Of a stretch of 37,522 bases of DNA, positions 14,386-23,591 are shown in pieces (position 1 is the first letter of the stretch; each line of letters begins with the position of its first letter). Made by a program: the position numbers and the translations under genes. The DNA comes from a virus. The stretch is taken from the IMG/VR virus record IMGVR_UViG_3300016664_000053; one strand, given 5' to 3'. The notes under the pieces are model-generated. The model did no database searches, was not told the DNA's origin, and saw only the letters and a program-made list of their open reading frames with translations.

Positions 14386-14867
14386 CCCCCGCCACAATCC
14401 ACCGCATTTGGATCGGCAATGTCGCCAGATATCACCACAACACGGATTACCGACTGCGAAACGGAGGTGACTGCACACAATCGCACCAATGCCGCGTGGC
14501 GCAACTCTTGGCCCTGATCTTCGCAGACGCAACAGCCGAAGAACTCCGCCAAGCCGTCCTGCATGACGTGGCAGAAAGCTGGACGGGCGATGTTAGCTAT
14601 ACCGCCAAGCAGATCGAAGTCATCCGCTCTGCCCACGATTGGGCGGAAACCGACATCAACTTGCGACACGGCCTGCCAGACTACGTTTCGCCCCGCGTCA
14701 AGCTATGCGACAACCTCGACGCGATCCTATTTGCCGCAAGCCGCGCAAGTGATATACTCTATGGCCAAGGATGGCCCGAGCATATCGCCGCAACACGGCG
14801 GGACGCATGGGCTTTAGGCGTGGGGCCGGAAGTGGACGGTATCTTGCTGGCGGGGAAAGTGCCATGA
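14382..14867 (+). CDS. HD-domain phosphohydrolase (YfbR-like 5'-deoxynucleotidase type)
   Basis: ORF track entry. H...H (YHHN, SHQCRVAQL), then LHDVAESWTGDV, matching the H-HD-D pattern. Confidence 0.6.
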   Translation: MTPATIHRIWIGNVARYHHNTDYRLRNGGDCTQSHQCRVAQLLALIFADATAEELRQAVLHDVAESWTGDVSYTAKQIEVIRSAHDWAETDINLRHGLPDYVSPRVKLCDNLDAILFAASRASDILYGQGWPEHIAATRRDAWALGVGPEVDGILLAGKVP

Positions 14868-15064
14868 ACAAAATGACAATTCGCCGCAGAACGCATGACG
14901 GCATGTTGCAGGAAGGAGGCCGCGATATGCTTGTCAGCCTGCCAGCACCGCCGTTCCCGCTTGACGTGACAAGTGACAGGCCAGAAACAGACCCGAGATC
15001 AATGCCGATCAAGGGAAAAATGGATCGGCGCTTCGTGCGCAATATGGCAAGGGTGCAGAGGTAA
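14864..15064 (+). CDS. Hypothetical protein (66 aa)
   Basis: ORF 14771..15064 trimmed to ATG 14864 (ATGA overlap): MNKMTIRRRTHDGMLQEGG... Confidence 0.45.
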   Translation: MNKMTIRRRTHDGMLQEGGRDMLVSLPAPPFPLDVTSDRPETDPRSMPIKGKMDRRFVRNMARVQR

Positions 15065-15076
15065 TAGGATACCCTA

Positions 15077-15451
15077 ATGAGGGAAGGCGCAACATACGAG
15101 GTCGGGAAGGGCAAGCCGCCAAAGCATACACGCTTTGGGCAGCCAAACGGCAATCCAAACGGCAAGACTTCTGCCCAGAAGCGCCTTGAAATGGAAAACG
15201 CGGAAGCCGCCATGCGTATTCGTGCGCGGCTTTTGCGGGCCACTGAGGCCAAGCTAAACGAGCTATCCACCGATGAGGCAATGGGGCTGATCGAAGCCGC
15301 TATGCTGAAACTGTTGAAGGATAGCGAGGATCGGGGCCTTGGCGCGCCTGTGCAGGCTGTGACAAACCCGGACGGATCATTGCGCCCACAAGACACAAGC
15401 GCCGCCGTCCTTGCGGCATTGCAGGCCAAGCATGGCCCTAAGCCCGAGTGA
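15077..15451 (+). CDS. Putative small terminase / terminase-associated protein (recalled as DUF5681-like)
   Basis: ORF track entry. The GKGKPPKHTRFGQPNGNPNGK motif lies immediately upstream of, and overlapping, the large terminase. Confidence 0.5.
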   Translation: MREGATYEVGKGKPPKHTRFGQPNGNPNGKTSAQKRLEMENAEAAMRIRARLLRATEAKLNELSTDEAMGLIEAAMLKLLKDSEDRGLGAPVQAVTNPDGSLRPQDTSAAVLAALQAKHGPKPE

Positions 15452-16814
15452 AATAGCAGACCTGCGCACCGATCTGCTGGAATTCACGCGCTACATGTTC
15501 CAAAGGCGGAAAGGCGCTGAATTCAAGGTTGCGCCGCACCATGTCACGGTATGCCATGCCCTAGAGCGCGTTGTGATCGGTCATTCTAAGCGGTTGATCA
15601 TCAACATTCCGCCGCGTTCCGGCAAAACTGAATTGGCGGTCAAGAACTTCCTTGCATGGTGCATGGGCAACTTCCCTGACTGCGAATTCATCCATGCCAG
15701 CTACAGCAAGCGCTTAGCCACGACTAACACTTGGGAGGCCCGTGCGATCATGCAGCACGAGGCTTTCGCGGACGTATTCGGCGCGCCTGCCTTCCGTGAT
15801 GATAGCAACGCCAAGGACGAATTCAGAACAGAGCAAGGCGGCATTGTATATGCCACGGGTTCGGAAGGCACGATCACCGGGTATGGCGCGGGCAAAATGC
15901 GTGACACCTTCGGCGGGTGCATCCTGATCGACGATCCGCATAAGGCAGGCGAGGGAAACAGCGACACCATGCGGCAGAACGTCATTGACTGGTTTTCAAC
16001 CACGATGGAAAGCCGCAAGAACTCGCCGGACACGCCAATTGTTCTAATCATGCAGCGATTGCACGAAAAAGACCTGACTGGGTGGCTTTTGTCTGGTGGC
16101 AATGGCGAAAAATGGGATCATGTGAACATTCCGGCGCGTGACGCGATGGGCGGCAGCTTCTGGCCGGATCAATTCCCGCCCGACATGCTGGATCGGCTTG
16201 AACGATCCAACAGCTACGTCTTTGCCGGGCAGTATATGCAACGTCCCGCGCCTGTCGGTGGCGGCATCCTGAAAGATGAATGGTGGCAATACTACACCGC
16301 GCCGCCCGCGCTGGAATACCGAACGATCTATGCCGACACCGCGCAAAAGACCGGAACGCAAAACGACTATTCGGTGATCCAATGCTGGGGCAAGTCACGC
16401 GGCGGGCAGGCCGTGCTGCTAGACCAAATCCGGGGCAAGTGGGAAGCGCCGGAACTGCTCGTCCAGGCCCGCGCGTTCTGGGCAAAGCACAAGCCGGGGC
16501 CTGCGCCCCTGCGCGCTTTCAAGGTGGAGGACAAGGTGAGCGGAACGGGCCTGATCCAGACGCTAAAGCGCGAGGGCATTCCCATGTTGGCAATACAGCG
16601 CGACCGGGACAAGGTAACGCGGGCATACGACGCCGCGCCGATGATCGAGAGCGGCAACGTGCTATTGCCACGCGATGCGCCTTGGCTGTCTGACCTGTTG
16701 GCCGAAGCAACGACATTCCCCAACGGCGCGCATGATGACCAGCTAGACCCGCTCTTTGACGCGGTGGCGGATATGCTGCAATCTAGCGCCGCACCTTCCA
16801 TCCGCGCCCTGTAG
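15432..16814 (+). CDS. terL: Terminase large subunit
   Basis: ORF 15411..16814 (TTG), with ATG at 15432. Walker A PPRSGKTE and Walker B ILIDDPHK. C-terminal nuclease-like region ending ...GAHDDQLD. Confidence 0.9.
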   Translation: MALSPSEIADLRTDLLEFTRYMFQRRKGAEFKVAPHHVTVCHALERVVIGHSKRLIINIPPRSGKTELAVKNFLAWCMGNFPDCEFIHASYSKRLATTNTWEARAIMQHEAFADVFGAPAFRDDSNAKDEFRTEQGGIVYATGSEGTITGYGAGKMRDTFGGCILIDDPHKAGEGNSDTMRQNVIDWFSTTMESRKNSPDTPIVLIMQRLHEKDLTGWLLSGGNGEKWDHVNIPARDAMGGSFWPDQFPPDMLDRLERSNSYVFAGQYMQRPAPVGGGILKDEWWQYYTAPPALEYRTIYADTAQKTGTQNDYSVIQCWGKSRGGQAVLLDQIRGKWEAPELLVQARAFWAKHKPGPAPLRAFKVEDKVSGTGLIQTLKREGIPMLAIQRDRDKVTRAYDAAPMIESGNVLLPRDAPWLSDLLAEATTFPNGAHDDQLDPLFDAVADMLQSSAAPSIRAL

Positions 16815-16825
16815 CAATTGGGCGC

Positions 16826-16838
16826 GTTATGATATAAC
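16826..16838 (+). promoter_or_regulatory. GTTATGATATAAC motif, copy 1 (upstream of portal)
   Basis: Read directly. An exact copy is at 18920-18932 and a 1-mismatch copy at 24495-24507. Confidence 0.4.
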
Positions 16839-16865
16839 ATGCGGCAAACCGAAAAAGGGCTTGCC

Positions 16866-18143
16866 ATGAAGTTTCCCCGCATTTTTGGGCGCAGAACAGA
16901 GGCCAAGGAAAGCGCTACAGGCGCGATCATGGTGCTAAACCCCGGTCAGCCCGTGTGGACTGGCCGCGATTATCGGGCCTTCGCTGATGAGGCATACCGC
17001 CGTAACGTAGTGGCATTTCAGGCGGTCAACCGAATTGCCGATGCTGTCGCCTCGGTGCGGTGGACCGTATGGCGCGGCGAGCAAGAGCTTTCATCCCATC
17101 CTGTTCTTGACTTGCTGAAAAACCCAAACCCCGGCCAGAGCCAGGCGCAATACATCCGCGCGAAGATCGGATACTTGATGCTGGCAGGCAATGGATACGA
17201 AGAGCGCGTTGTGATCGGCGGGAGGGCGCGGGAATTGTATCAGCTTCGCCCGGATCGGATGAAAATCATTCCCGGCGCTAACGGTTTCCCCATGGCCTAT
17301 GTCTACGAAAACGCGGGGCGCAAGGTTCGGTGGGACGTTGACCCGGTGACAATGGCAAGCGATGTGCGGCATCTGCGGACGTTCAACCCCGTCGATGATT
17401 GGTATGGGCTTTCGCCAATTGAGGCCAGCGCATACGCAATCGACCAGCACAACGAGGCCATGGCTTGGGTGCAGGGCCTATTGCAAAACAGCGCGCGTCC
17501 TTCCGGGGCGCTTGTGTCCAAAGACGGGCAAATTCTATCGGACGAACAATTCAACCGTCTGAAAGCGGAAGTCGATAGCAAATATGCCGGGGGCAAAAAC
17601 GCTGGCAGGCCGATGCTCTTGGAGGGCGGGCTGGACTGGCGGCAAATGGGCCTATCGCCTGTTGACGTGCAGGTGATTGAGGCAAAGAACAGCGCCGCGC
17701 GCGATATTGCCTTGGGCCTTGGTGTTCCGCCACAACTGCTAGGCATTCCAGGCGATAACACCTACTCGAATTATGAACAGGCGCGGCTTGCGTTCTGGGA
17801 AGATACCGTCATTCCGCTGCTGGACTGGATTGCAGGCGATTGGTCGGAATGGCTTGGCGAGGGTGAGGTAACGGTTAAACCTGACTATGATCAGGTTCCG
17901 GCGATTGTCGAAAAGCGCCGCGTCTTGTGGGATATGGCAGACAAAGCAACAGACTTGACGATCAACGAGCGACGGGAATTGAAGGGCTACAAGCCCATTC
18001 CGGGCGGCGACGCCCTGCTTGTGTCTTCGTCCAGCATTAGCTTGGACATGGCGACGGAACCACTTGCGCCTAAGCCTGCGCTTTCGCCCGATGACGTGAA
18101 GGCCATTGCATACGGGGCGGCAAGTGCCAAAACGGCTTCTTGA
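16866..18143 (+). CDS. Portal protein (HK97 family)
   Basis: ORF 16839..18143, with ATG at 16866 (MKFPRIFG...). Size, position after terL, and conserved NPVDDWYGLSPIEA-type region. Confidence 0.85.
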   Translation: MKFPRIFGRRTEAKESATGAIMVLNPGQPVWTGRDYRAFADEAYRRNVVAFQAVNRIADAVASVRWTVWRGEQELSSHPVLDLLKNPNPGQSQAQYIRAKIGYLMLAGNGYEERVVIGGRARELYQLRPDRMKIIPGANGFPMAYVYENAGRKVRWDVDPVTMASDVRHLRTFNPVDDWYGLSPIEASAYAIDQHNEAMAWVQGLLQNSARPSGALVSKDGQILSDEQFNRLKAEVDSKYAGGKNAGRPMLLEGGLDWRQMGLSPVDVQVIEAKNSAARDIALGLGVPPQLLGIPGDNTYSNYEQARLAFWEDTVIPLLDWIAGDWSEWLGEGEVTVKPDYDQVPAIVEKRRVLWDMADKATDLTINERRELKGYKPIPGGDALLVSSSSISLDMATEPLAPKPALSPDDVKAIAYGAASAKTAS

Positions 18144-18888
18144 TCAAAACCCGCGCCGGGAAGCGCGGCGGCAAGGCTTGATCCTGGATCGGCTAGAGGT
18201 CGGCTTTCGCAATCGGATCAGGGCCGAATTGATCCGCGCAATGGAAGATATGATCCGCGTCTTCGAATTGACAGGCGAGGTTCCGCCTGCGCGCGATCAT
18301 TATGAACAGCTAGAGGCTGCATACCGGGCAATGGCGATCAGCGCCGCTACCACATTCGGTGCGCGCGTAATCCAGCAAGGCAAGGACGCGGGCTATATTC
18401 TTGAGACCAAGGGCTTTGCCGAAACAATGACGCGGCTTGCCCTTGCCTACATCGGGCAAGAGGTGATCCGGCGGCGCATTACTTCGGTAGCTGAGACAAC
18501 GCGGGCGCAGATCGTTGCCGCTGTCGCGCGGGGCTATGCGGACGGGCTAGGTCAGCAAGGCGTTGGGTCATATGTGCGCAGCGTTGTGTCAGACATGGCG
18601 ACGTGGCGGGCTAACCTTATCGCGCGGACGGAAACACACGGGGCCGCTAACTTCGGGGCGCAAGAGGCGGCGAAAGAGACGGGCCTTCCGCTGCAAAAAG
18701 AGTGGATCAGCGCGGAAGATGCGCGCACAAGGCCAGACCATGATGCGGCTAATGGGCAGATCGTGGGGCGTGATGAGCCTTTCCGCGTGGGTGGCGAGGC
18801 GCTGATGTATCCTGGCGATCCGCGCGGAAGCGCGGAAAACACCATTAACTGTCGATGCGCCATTGGCTGGCTCGTGCAAGAGGACTGA
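18106..18888 (+). CDS. Head morphogenesis protein (SPP1 gp7 / Mu F-like)
   Basis: ORF track entry (TTG start; true start uncertain, overlaps the portal end). C-terminal ...NTINCRCAIG is typical of this family. Confidence 0.7.
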   Translation: MHTGRQVPKRLLDQNPRREARRQGLILDRLEVGFRNRIRAELIRAMEDMIRVFELTGEVPPARDHYEQLEAAYRAMAISAATTFGARVIQQGKDAGYILETKGFAETMTRLALAYIGQEVIRRRITSVAETTRAQIVAAVARGYADGLGQQGVGSYVRSVVSDMATWRANLIARTETHGAANFGAQEAAKETGLPLQKEWISAEDARTRPDHDAANGQIVGRDEPFRVGGEALMYPGDPRGSAENTINCRCAIGWLVQED

Positions 18889-18891
18889 CAA

Positions 18892-18943
18892 TTTGCAAAG
18901 GTCTAGCGCCTTTGCAAATGTTATGATATAACTTTGCAAACCA
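18892..18943 (+). promoter_or_regulatory. Three TTTGCAAA palindromes (18892-99, 18911-18, 18933-40) interleaved with GTTATGATATAAC (18920-32) and the third ACTTTGCAAACCA (18931-43)
   Basis: Read directly. Lies in the intergenic region upstream of the protease and capsid genes. Confidence 0.45.
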
Positions 18944-18957
18944 TTGCGGGGCGGACC

Positions 18958-19617
18958 ATGCTAGAGCAAAAGCGCGCGGCGTTTGAGATCAAGAAAGAGC
19001 CTGACCAAGACGGGCTTTTTGAAGGCTATGCCTCGGTCTTTGGCATTGTCGATCAGGGCATGGACGTTGTGGAGCGTGGCGCTTTCAGTAAGTCGCTAGG
19101 CTCTGGCCGCAAGGTCAAAATGCTGTGGCAGCACGATCCGCAAAAGGTGATCGGCGTATGGGACGAAATCCGCGAGGATGACCGGGGCCTATACGTCAAG
19201 GGGCGTCTGCTGAAGGGCGTGGCGCAGGCCGAGGAAGCTATGGTCCTGATGCGCGCAGGGGCGCTGGACAGCATGTCTATCGGCTATCGCACGATTGAGG
19301 CCGTGCCAGAAGGCGCAGGCCGCATCCGCAAGCTAATGGAGGTTGAGCTTCACGAGGTTAGCCTTGTGACCTTCCCTATGCTTCCCGATGCAAAGGTTAC
19401 TTCGGTCAAGTCTGCGGACGGATCGTTTGATATTCGCTTGCTGGAGAACGCACTACGCGACGTGTGTGGACTTTCGCAGCGCGAGGCCAAGGCATTGCTT
19501 GCCGATGGCTTCAAGGGCCTAAAGGCGACACGCGACGTGGGCGCTTCCGGGGCTGACGATGGGGCGAAAGCTCTCTTGCAATCACTGGAAAAGCTGAAAG
19601 GGGCATTCCATGTCTGA
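18958..19617 (+). CDS. Prohead protease (HK97 family)
   Basis: ORF 18934..19617 (TTG), with ATG at 18958. The GLFEGYASVFGIVDQGMDVVERGAF motif is typical. Confidence 0.85.
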   Translation: MLEQKRAAFEIKKEPDQDGLFEGYASVFGIVDQGMDVVERGAFSKSLGSGRKVKMLWQHDPQKVIGVWDEIREDDRGLYVKGRLLKGVAQAEEAMVLMRAGALDSMSIGYRTIEAVPEGAGRIRKLMEVELHEVSLVTFPMLPDAKVTSVKSADGSFDIRLLENALRDVCGLSQREAKALLADGFKGLKATRDVGASGADDGAKALLQSLEKLKGAFHV

Positions 19618-20896
19618 TGAAGTGAAAAAGGCCGTTGAGGCGGTCAACGCTGCATTTCTTGAATTCAAGGATGCAAACGACAAGCGGCTGAAGGAGATCG
19701 AGGCGAAGGGCGCGGCTGATCCCGTTACCGTCGCTCGGATCGAAAAGCTGGAAGCAGATCTCGACAAGGCGCAGAAGCTGGCCGATGAGGCCGCTCTTGC
19801 CGCCAAGCGTCAGTCCCGCGTTGTGACCGATGCAAACGGCAACTCGCTTGATCTGGACGCCAAGGCGATGGAATGGGCAGAGCAAGCCGCCCGCAAGCGT
19901 GGCGAACGGGCTGAGAAGTTCGGGGCTTCCGACCTTGACGCATACAAAGCGGGCTTCCGTCGCTGGATGCAAAAGGGAGAGCAACTGCTTGGCGCGGACG
20001 AAATGAAGGCGCTCTCGGTCGGCTCTGATCCCGATGGCGGCTATGTTGTCACGCCTGACACGTCTGGCCAGATCGTGCAGCGCGTTTTTGAAACCTCGCC
20101 GATGCGGGCGTATGCCTCGGTGCAGGTGATCAGCACGGACGCACTGGAGGGTCTGTTCGACCTGGATGAAGCCGCCGCGTCGTGGGTGGCGGAAACCGCA
20201 GCGCGTCCAGAGACCGCTACGCCCAAGCTTGGTCAATGGCGTATCCCGGTGCATGAGCTTTCGGCTTTCCCGTTCGCCACGCAAAAGCTGCTGGACGATG
20301 CCTCGATCAACATGGAGGCATGGCTGGCAACTAAGGTTGCGGACAAGTTCGCCCGGTCGGAAAGCAATGCCTTTGTGGTTGGTGACGGCGTTGGCAAGCC
20401 GCGTGGGTTCCTGTCGTATGGCAACGGCACCACGCTTCCTGGCACGATTGAGCAGTTCCCTACGGGCGCTTCGGGCGCTTTTGCGGCTGCGCCCAACGGC
20501 GGGGATGTTCTGATTGACGCGCTGTATGGCCTGAAAGCGCAGTATCGCGCGAACGCCACCTGGTTCATGAACCGTGCGACCACGAAGCTTGTGCGCAAGC
20601 TGAAGGATCAGGACGGGGCTTACCTGTGGTCGCCCGGTATCGCGGCTGGTCAGCCTGCATCGCTGCTGGGCTATCCTGTTGCGGCCTTTGAGGATATGCC
20701 GGACCCGGCTGCGTCCTCCCTGTCTATCGCTGTCGGTGACATGCGCGCGGCGTATCAGATCGTTGACCGCCTCGGCATCCGAGTTCTTCGCGACAACCTG
20801 ACGAACAAGCCTTTTGTCGGGTTCTACTCGACCAAGCGCGTTGGCGGGGATGTGGTGAACTTCGAAGCTATCAAGCTGGTAAGATTTAACAGTTGA
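19610..20896 (+). CDS. Major capsid protein (HK97 fold) with N-terminal coiled-coil delta domain
   Basis: ORF track entry. Overlaps the protease stop. Size and position fit. Confidence 0.9.
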   Translation: MSDEVKKAVEAVNAAFLEFKDANDKRLKEIEAKGAADPVTVARIEKLEADLDKAQKLADEAALAAKRQSRVVTDANGNSLDLDAKAMEWAEQAARKRGERAEKFGASDLDAYKAGFRRWMQKGEQLLGADEMKALSVGSDPDGGYVVTPDTSGQIVQRVFETSPMRAYASVQVISTDALEGLFDLDEAAASWVAETAARPETATPKLGQWRIPVHELSAFPFATQKLLDDASINMEAWLATKVADKFARSESNAFVVGDGVGKPRGFLSYGNGTTLPGTIEQFPTGASGAFAAAPNGGDVLIDALYGLKAQYRANATWFMNRATTKLVRKLKDQDGAYLWSPGIAAGQPASLLGYPVAAFEDMPDPAASSLSIAVGDMRAAYQIVDRLGIRVLRDNLTNKPFVGFYSTKRVGGDVVNFEAIKLVRFNS

Positions 20897-20920
20897 GCGC
20901 CTTGGCTGATTGAGATAGAG

Positions 20921-20948
20921 ATAGGCCTCCATAATGGGGGCCTATTTC
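20921..20948 (+). terminator. Hairpin plus T-rich tail after the capsid gene
   Basis: ataggcctcc (20921-30) pairs with gggggcctat (20936-45), 10 bp including one G.U, followed by tttc. Confidence 0.55.
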
Positions 20949-21557
20949 ATGTTTGAATGCAAGATTGCTGGATGCTCAGGCGCAAAGCACAAGGGGCATG
21001 GGTATTGCGAATACCACTATGGGCGGTGGCGCGCCGGGAAAGAGATTGACGTTCCAAAGCGAAGACACAACCCTGGCGCTCAGTGCGAGGCCGATGGGTG
21101 TAGTAATATGGCGAGGTCCAACGGCTTCTGTGATAAGCATCGGGCAAGGTGGAAGAAGCACGGCGACCCGAGCATCACAAAGCATAGCAAGGAATACGGG
21201 GCCGGAAAGGACTGGTATGTCGGCAAGGGTGGATATGTCCTGCGATGGGCTGGCAAGGGCCATCCAAACGCAACCGGCCACGGGAACCTATACCAACATC
21301 GCCACGTCATGTCGGAAATGATTGGCAGGCCGCTTCGCAAAGATGAGAACGTACACCACAAGAACGGCAACAGATCAGACAACCGGCCAGAGAACCTTGA
21401 ACTATGGACGAAGGGGCAACCTGCGGGGCAGAGGGTGCAAGATAGGGTGAAGTGGCACATTCATGAATTATTGCGCGATGTGGACGCGGCGCTTGCTCTT
21501 GATCCGAAACTTCGGGCTGAGATTGAATCTCTAGCGCAATCCCTGAAAATGTTATAA
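20949..21557 (+). CDS. Free-standing HNH endonuclease with N-terminal Cys/His repeats
   Basis: ORF 20934..21557, using the ATG at 20949 (the 20934 ATG sits in the hairpin loop). HNH core ENVHHKNGNRSDNRPENLEL. Two CxxxGC...C..H..RW repeats. Confidence 0.85.
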   Translation: MFECKIAGCSGAKHKGHGYCEYHYGRWRAGKEIDVPKRRHNPGAQCEADGCSNMARSNGFCDKHRARWKKHGDPSITKHSKEYGAGKDWYVGKGGYVLRWAGKGHPNATGHGNLYQHRHVMSEMIGRPLRKDENVHHKNGNRSDNRPENLELWTKGQPAGQRVQDRVKWHIHELLRDVDAALALDPKLRAEIESLAQSLKML

Positions 21558-21624
21558 GGTAACGGACATGATCGGGCGGTGAACCTGCCGCCCGGTATCT
21601 CTTGCGCAGAAAGGGGTAAATCAA

Positions 21625-22062
21625 ATGCGCGGTATGCTTTCTAACGTGACTATGGTTCGGGGCGCGGTTCAAACGCTTTCCGGCACCACGCCGAACAACT
21701 CTGCTCTGATTGACCGTCGCGGCTATGACGCCCTGACCGTCTATCTTGAAACTGGCACCGTTACCGATGCTGGCGATGCTAACGGCTTCACGATGAAGCT
21801 TCAGCATTCTAACAGCACGGCGGCTGGCACGTTTGTTGACGTTCCGGCGTCTGGCATCCTTGGTGCGAACGTGACTGTGACGACCGACGCGGCTAACGGC
21901 ATCATCGCCGGGGGCATCGGCTATGTCGGCGGTCTGCGCTATGTGCGCGCGGTGTTTACTGGCACCACTGGCACTAACGCTACCGTGCAGGCTCTTGGCG
22001 TTATGGGCAAGCCTCATCGTGCGCCTGTTGAGGCTGTCGGCTCCACCACGGCTGCTACCTGA
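21625..22062 (+). CDS. Hypothetical virion structural protein (possible head decoration)
   Basis: ORF track entry. Gly/Thr/Ala-rich, AAAGGGG RBS, followed by the GC hairpin 22073-79/22086-92. Confidence 0.5.
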   Translation: MRGMLSNVTMVRGAVQTLSGTTPNNSALIDRRGYDALTVYLETGTVTDAGDANGFTMKLQHSNSTAAGTFVDVPASGILGANVTVTTDAANGIIAGGIGYVGGLRYVRAVFTGTTGTNATVQALGVMGKPHRAPVEAVGSTTAAT

Positions 22063-22115
22063 TTTATGGTGCGGGGCGGCGCAATCCGCCCCCATCCATA
22101 GCGCAGGGGATACAC

Positions 22116-22304
22116 ATGCAGGCAGTATTGCATCAAGACTGGTCAGCCGCGCCTGAGGGCCACACGACATATCATTTCAAGGCTGGCGAAGTGCTGACAG
22201 GCAAAGTCGCGGATATGGCGCTTGCGGCTGGCGTTGCGTTTACGCCCGTGGCAGAGACAAAGATCGAGCCGCCACTGGAGACCAAGCGGGGGCGCAAGAA
22301 ATGA
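22116..22304 (+). CDS. Hypothetical protein (62 aa)
   Basis: ORF track entry; AGGGGA RBS. Confidence 0.5.
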   Translation: MQAVLHQDWSAAPEGHTTYHFKAGEVLTGKVADMALAAGVAFTPVAETKIEPPLETKRGRKK

Positions 22305-22972
22305 GCCTTCGCCCGCGCGTTCCGTCTGCGCAGTATCGTGGGCATGTCCTTGTGACTGGTCCAACGGTGGAGCCTGTCTCTGCGGCTGAATTGCGATCCT
22401 TCCTTGTGGAAAGCGCAGACGCATTGCCCGATGCAGAGGCTAACGCGTTGATCAAAGAGGCGCGCAATCTGATCGAGGAAATGACGGGCATCGCCTTTAT
22501 CCAACAGGACTGGCGCTTGGCGCTGGATCATTGGCCAAGCGGGCGCGGGCAATGGTGGGATGGAGTGCGCGAAGGCGTGATTAGCGATCTGCACGGGCAG
22601 CCTGCCACGCTGCACCTGCCGCGATATCCGCTGCAATCGGTGCAATCTGTGACTGTCTACGATGGCAATGGCGCGTCATCTGTGGTGGACGTGGCGGCGA
22701 CGTTTGACGTTGACGTGTATCAATCGCCCGGTCGGATATCGTTAAGGCTTGGCGCGACGTGGCCTGTAGCATTGCGCCCTACCAATGCTATCGAGATCGT
22801 ATATCGCGCGGGATATGGCGCGACTGCTGGCACGGTTCCGCCCATCTTGGCGCGGGCTGTCAAGCAAGTGGCCGCGTATCTCTACACGCACAAGGGCGAC
22901 GATTGCGATATGGGTGACGCGCTGGCTGCGGCTGGCACATTGCTGGACGCTTATCGGGTGGCGCGGATCTGA
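22301..22972 (+). CDS. Head-tail connector (gp6-like DNA packaging/adaptor protein)
   Basis: ORF track entry. The N-terminal segment EPVSAAELRSFL...DAEANALIKEARNLIEEMTG is typical of gp6-like connectors. Confidence 0.7.
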   Translation: MSLRPRVPSAQYRGHVLVTGPTVEPVSAAELRSFLVESADALPDAEANALIKEARNLIEEMTGIAFIQQDWRLALDHWPSGRGQWWDGVREGVISDLHGQPATLHLPRYPLQSVQSVTVYDGNGASSVVDVAATFDVDVYQSPGRISLRLGATWPVALRPTNAIEIVYRAGYGATAGTVPPILARAVKQVAAYLYTHKGDDCDMGDALAAAGTLLDAYRVARI

Positions 22973-23247
22973 TGCAGACAACGGCTTTCACCTTGGACGC
23001 TAATACATGGGTGGAAATCCTAAGTGGCAATTCAGCGCTGTCTTTGCAGATCAAGACCGCTAACAAGATCAGGCTTCACTTTAACAACAGCCTTACTCCC
23101 CCGGCTGCGGATGCACCTTACTTCCTGATTGACAGCTTCCCGCCGCGCTTTGACTTTGAAGTGATTGGGCAAACCGGGCAATCCCATGTCTGGGCGAAGG
23201 CGGACGTGACGCCTGCTGAAATCGTGGTATTGAGGCAATCGATATGA
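22972..23247 (+). CDS. Hypothetical protein (91 aa)
   Basis: ORF track entry; ATGA-type coupling on both sides. Confidence 0.5.
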   Translation: MQTTAFTLDANTWVEILSGNSALSLQIKTANKIRLHFNNSLTPPAADAPYFLIDSFPPRFDFEVIGQTGQSHVWAKADVTPAEIVVLRQSI

Positions 23248-23591
23248 AGTGCTGCGACATGACAGCCGGGATGCTTAGGGAGCCTGTCAGCTTCCAGCGC
23301 CAAGGCGCAGCAACCAACGTGAACGGCGACATTCTGCCCGGCGCATGGGCTGCGATTGCTGGCGCACCTACGCGGGCGCATGTAAAGGCCGTGAGCGGTT
23401 TCGAGCGGGCGCAGGCGGATCGACTGAATGCGCAGGTGGCGCTAAAGGTGACTGTGCGCTATTGGGCGGGACTTCGGGAAAGCGATAGCGTTGTGATCAG
23501 GGGGCGGCGGCATAACATCCGCTTTATCGATAATATCGAATTCAAGGATCGGTGGCTGACGATCACGGTTGATGGCGGGGTGGCGGTGTGA
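23244..23591 (+). CDS. Head closure / head-tail adaptor (HK97 gp9-like)
   Basis: ORF track entry. The MLREPVSFQR... pattern and position fit. Start is ambiguous (23244, 23259 or 23271). Confidence 0.65.
   Translation: MKCCDMTAGMLREPVSFQRQGAATNVNGDILPGAWAAIAGAPTRAHVKAVSGFERAQADRLNAQVALKVTVRYWAGLRESDSVVIRGRRHNIRFIDNIEFKDRWLTITVDGGVAV

Noticed and set aside
19511-20932. Very long antisense ORF (473 aa) opposite the major capsid gene. Similar long antisense or alternative-frame ORFs include 26052..26909, 14698..15429, 21307..22170 and 24811..25494.
   Set aside because: Arg/Pro/Gly/Ala-rich translations are typical of spurious open frames in high-GC DNA. The opposite strand carries well-supported structural genes with recognisable family motifs and coupled starts.
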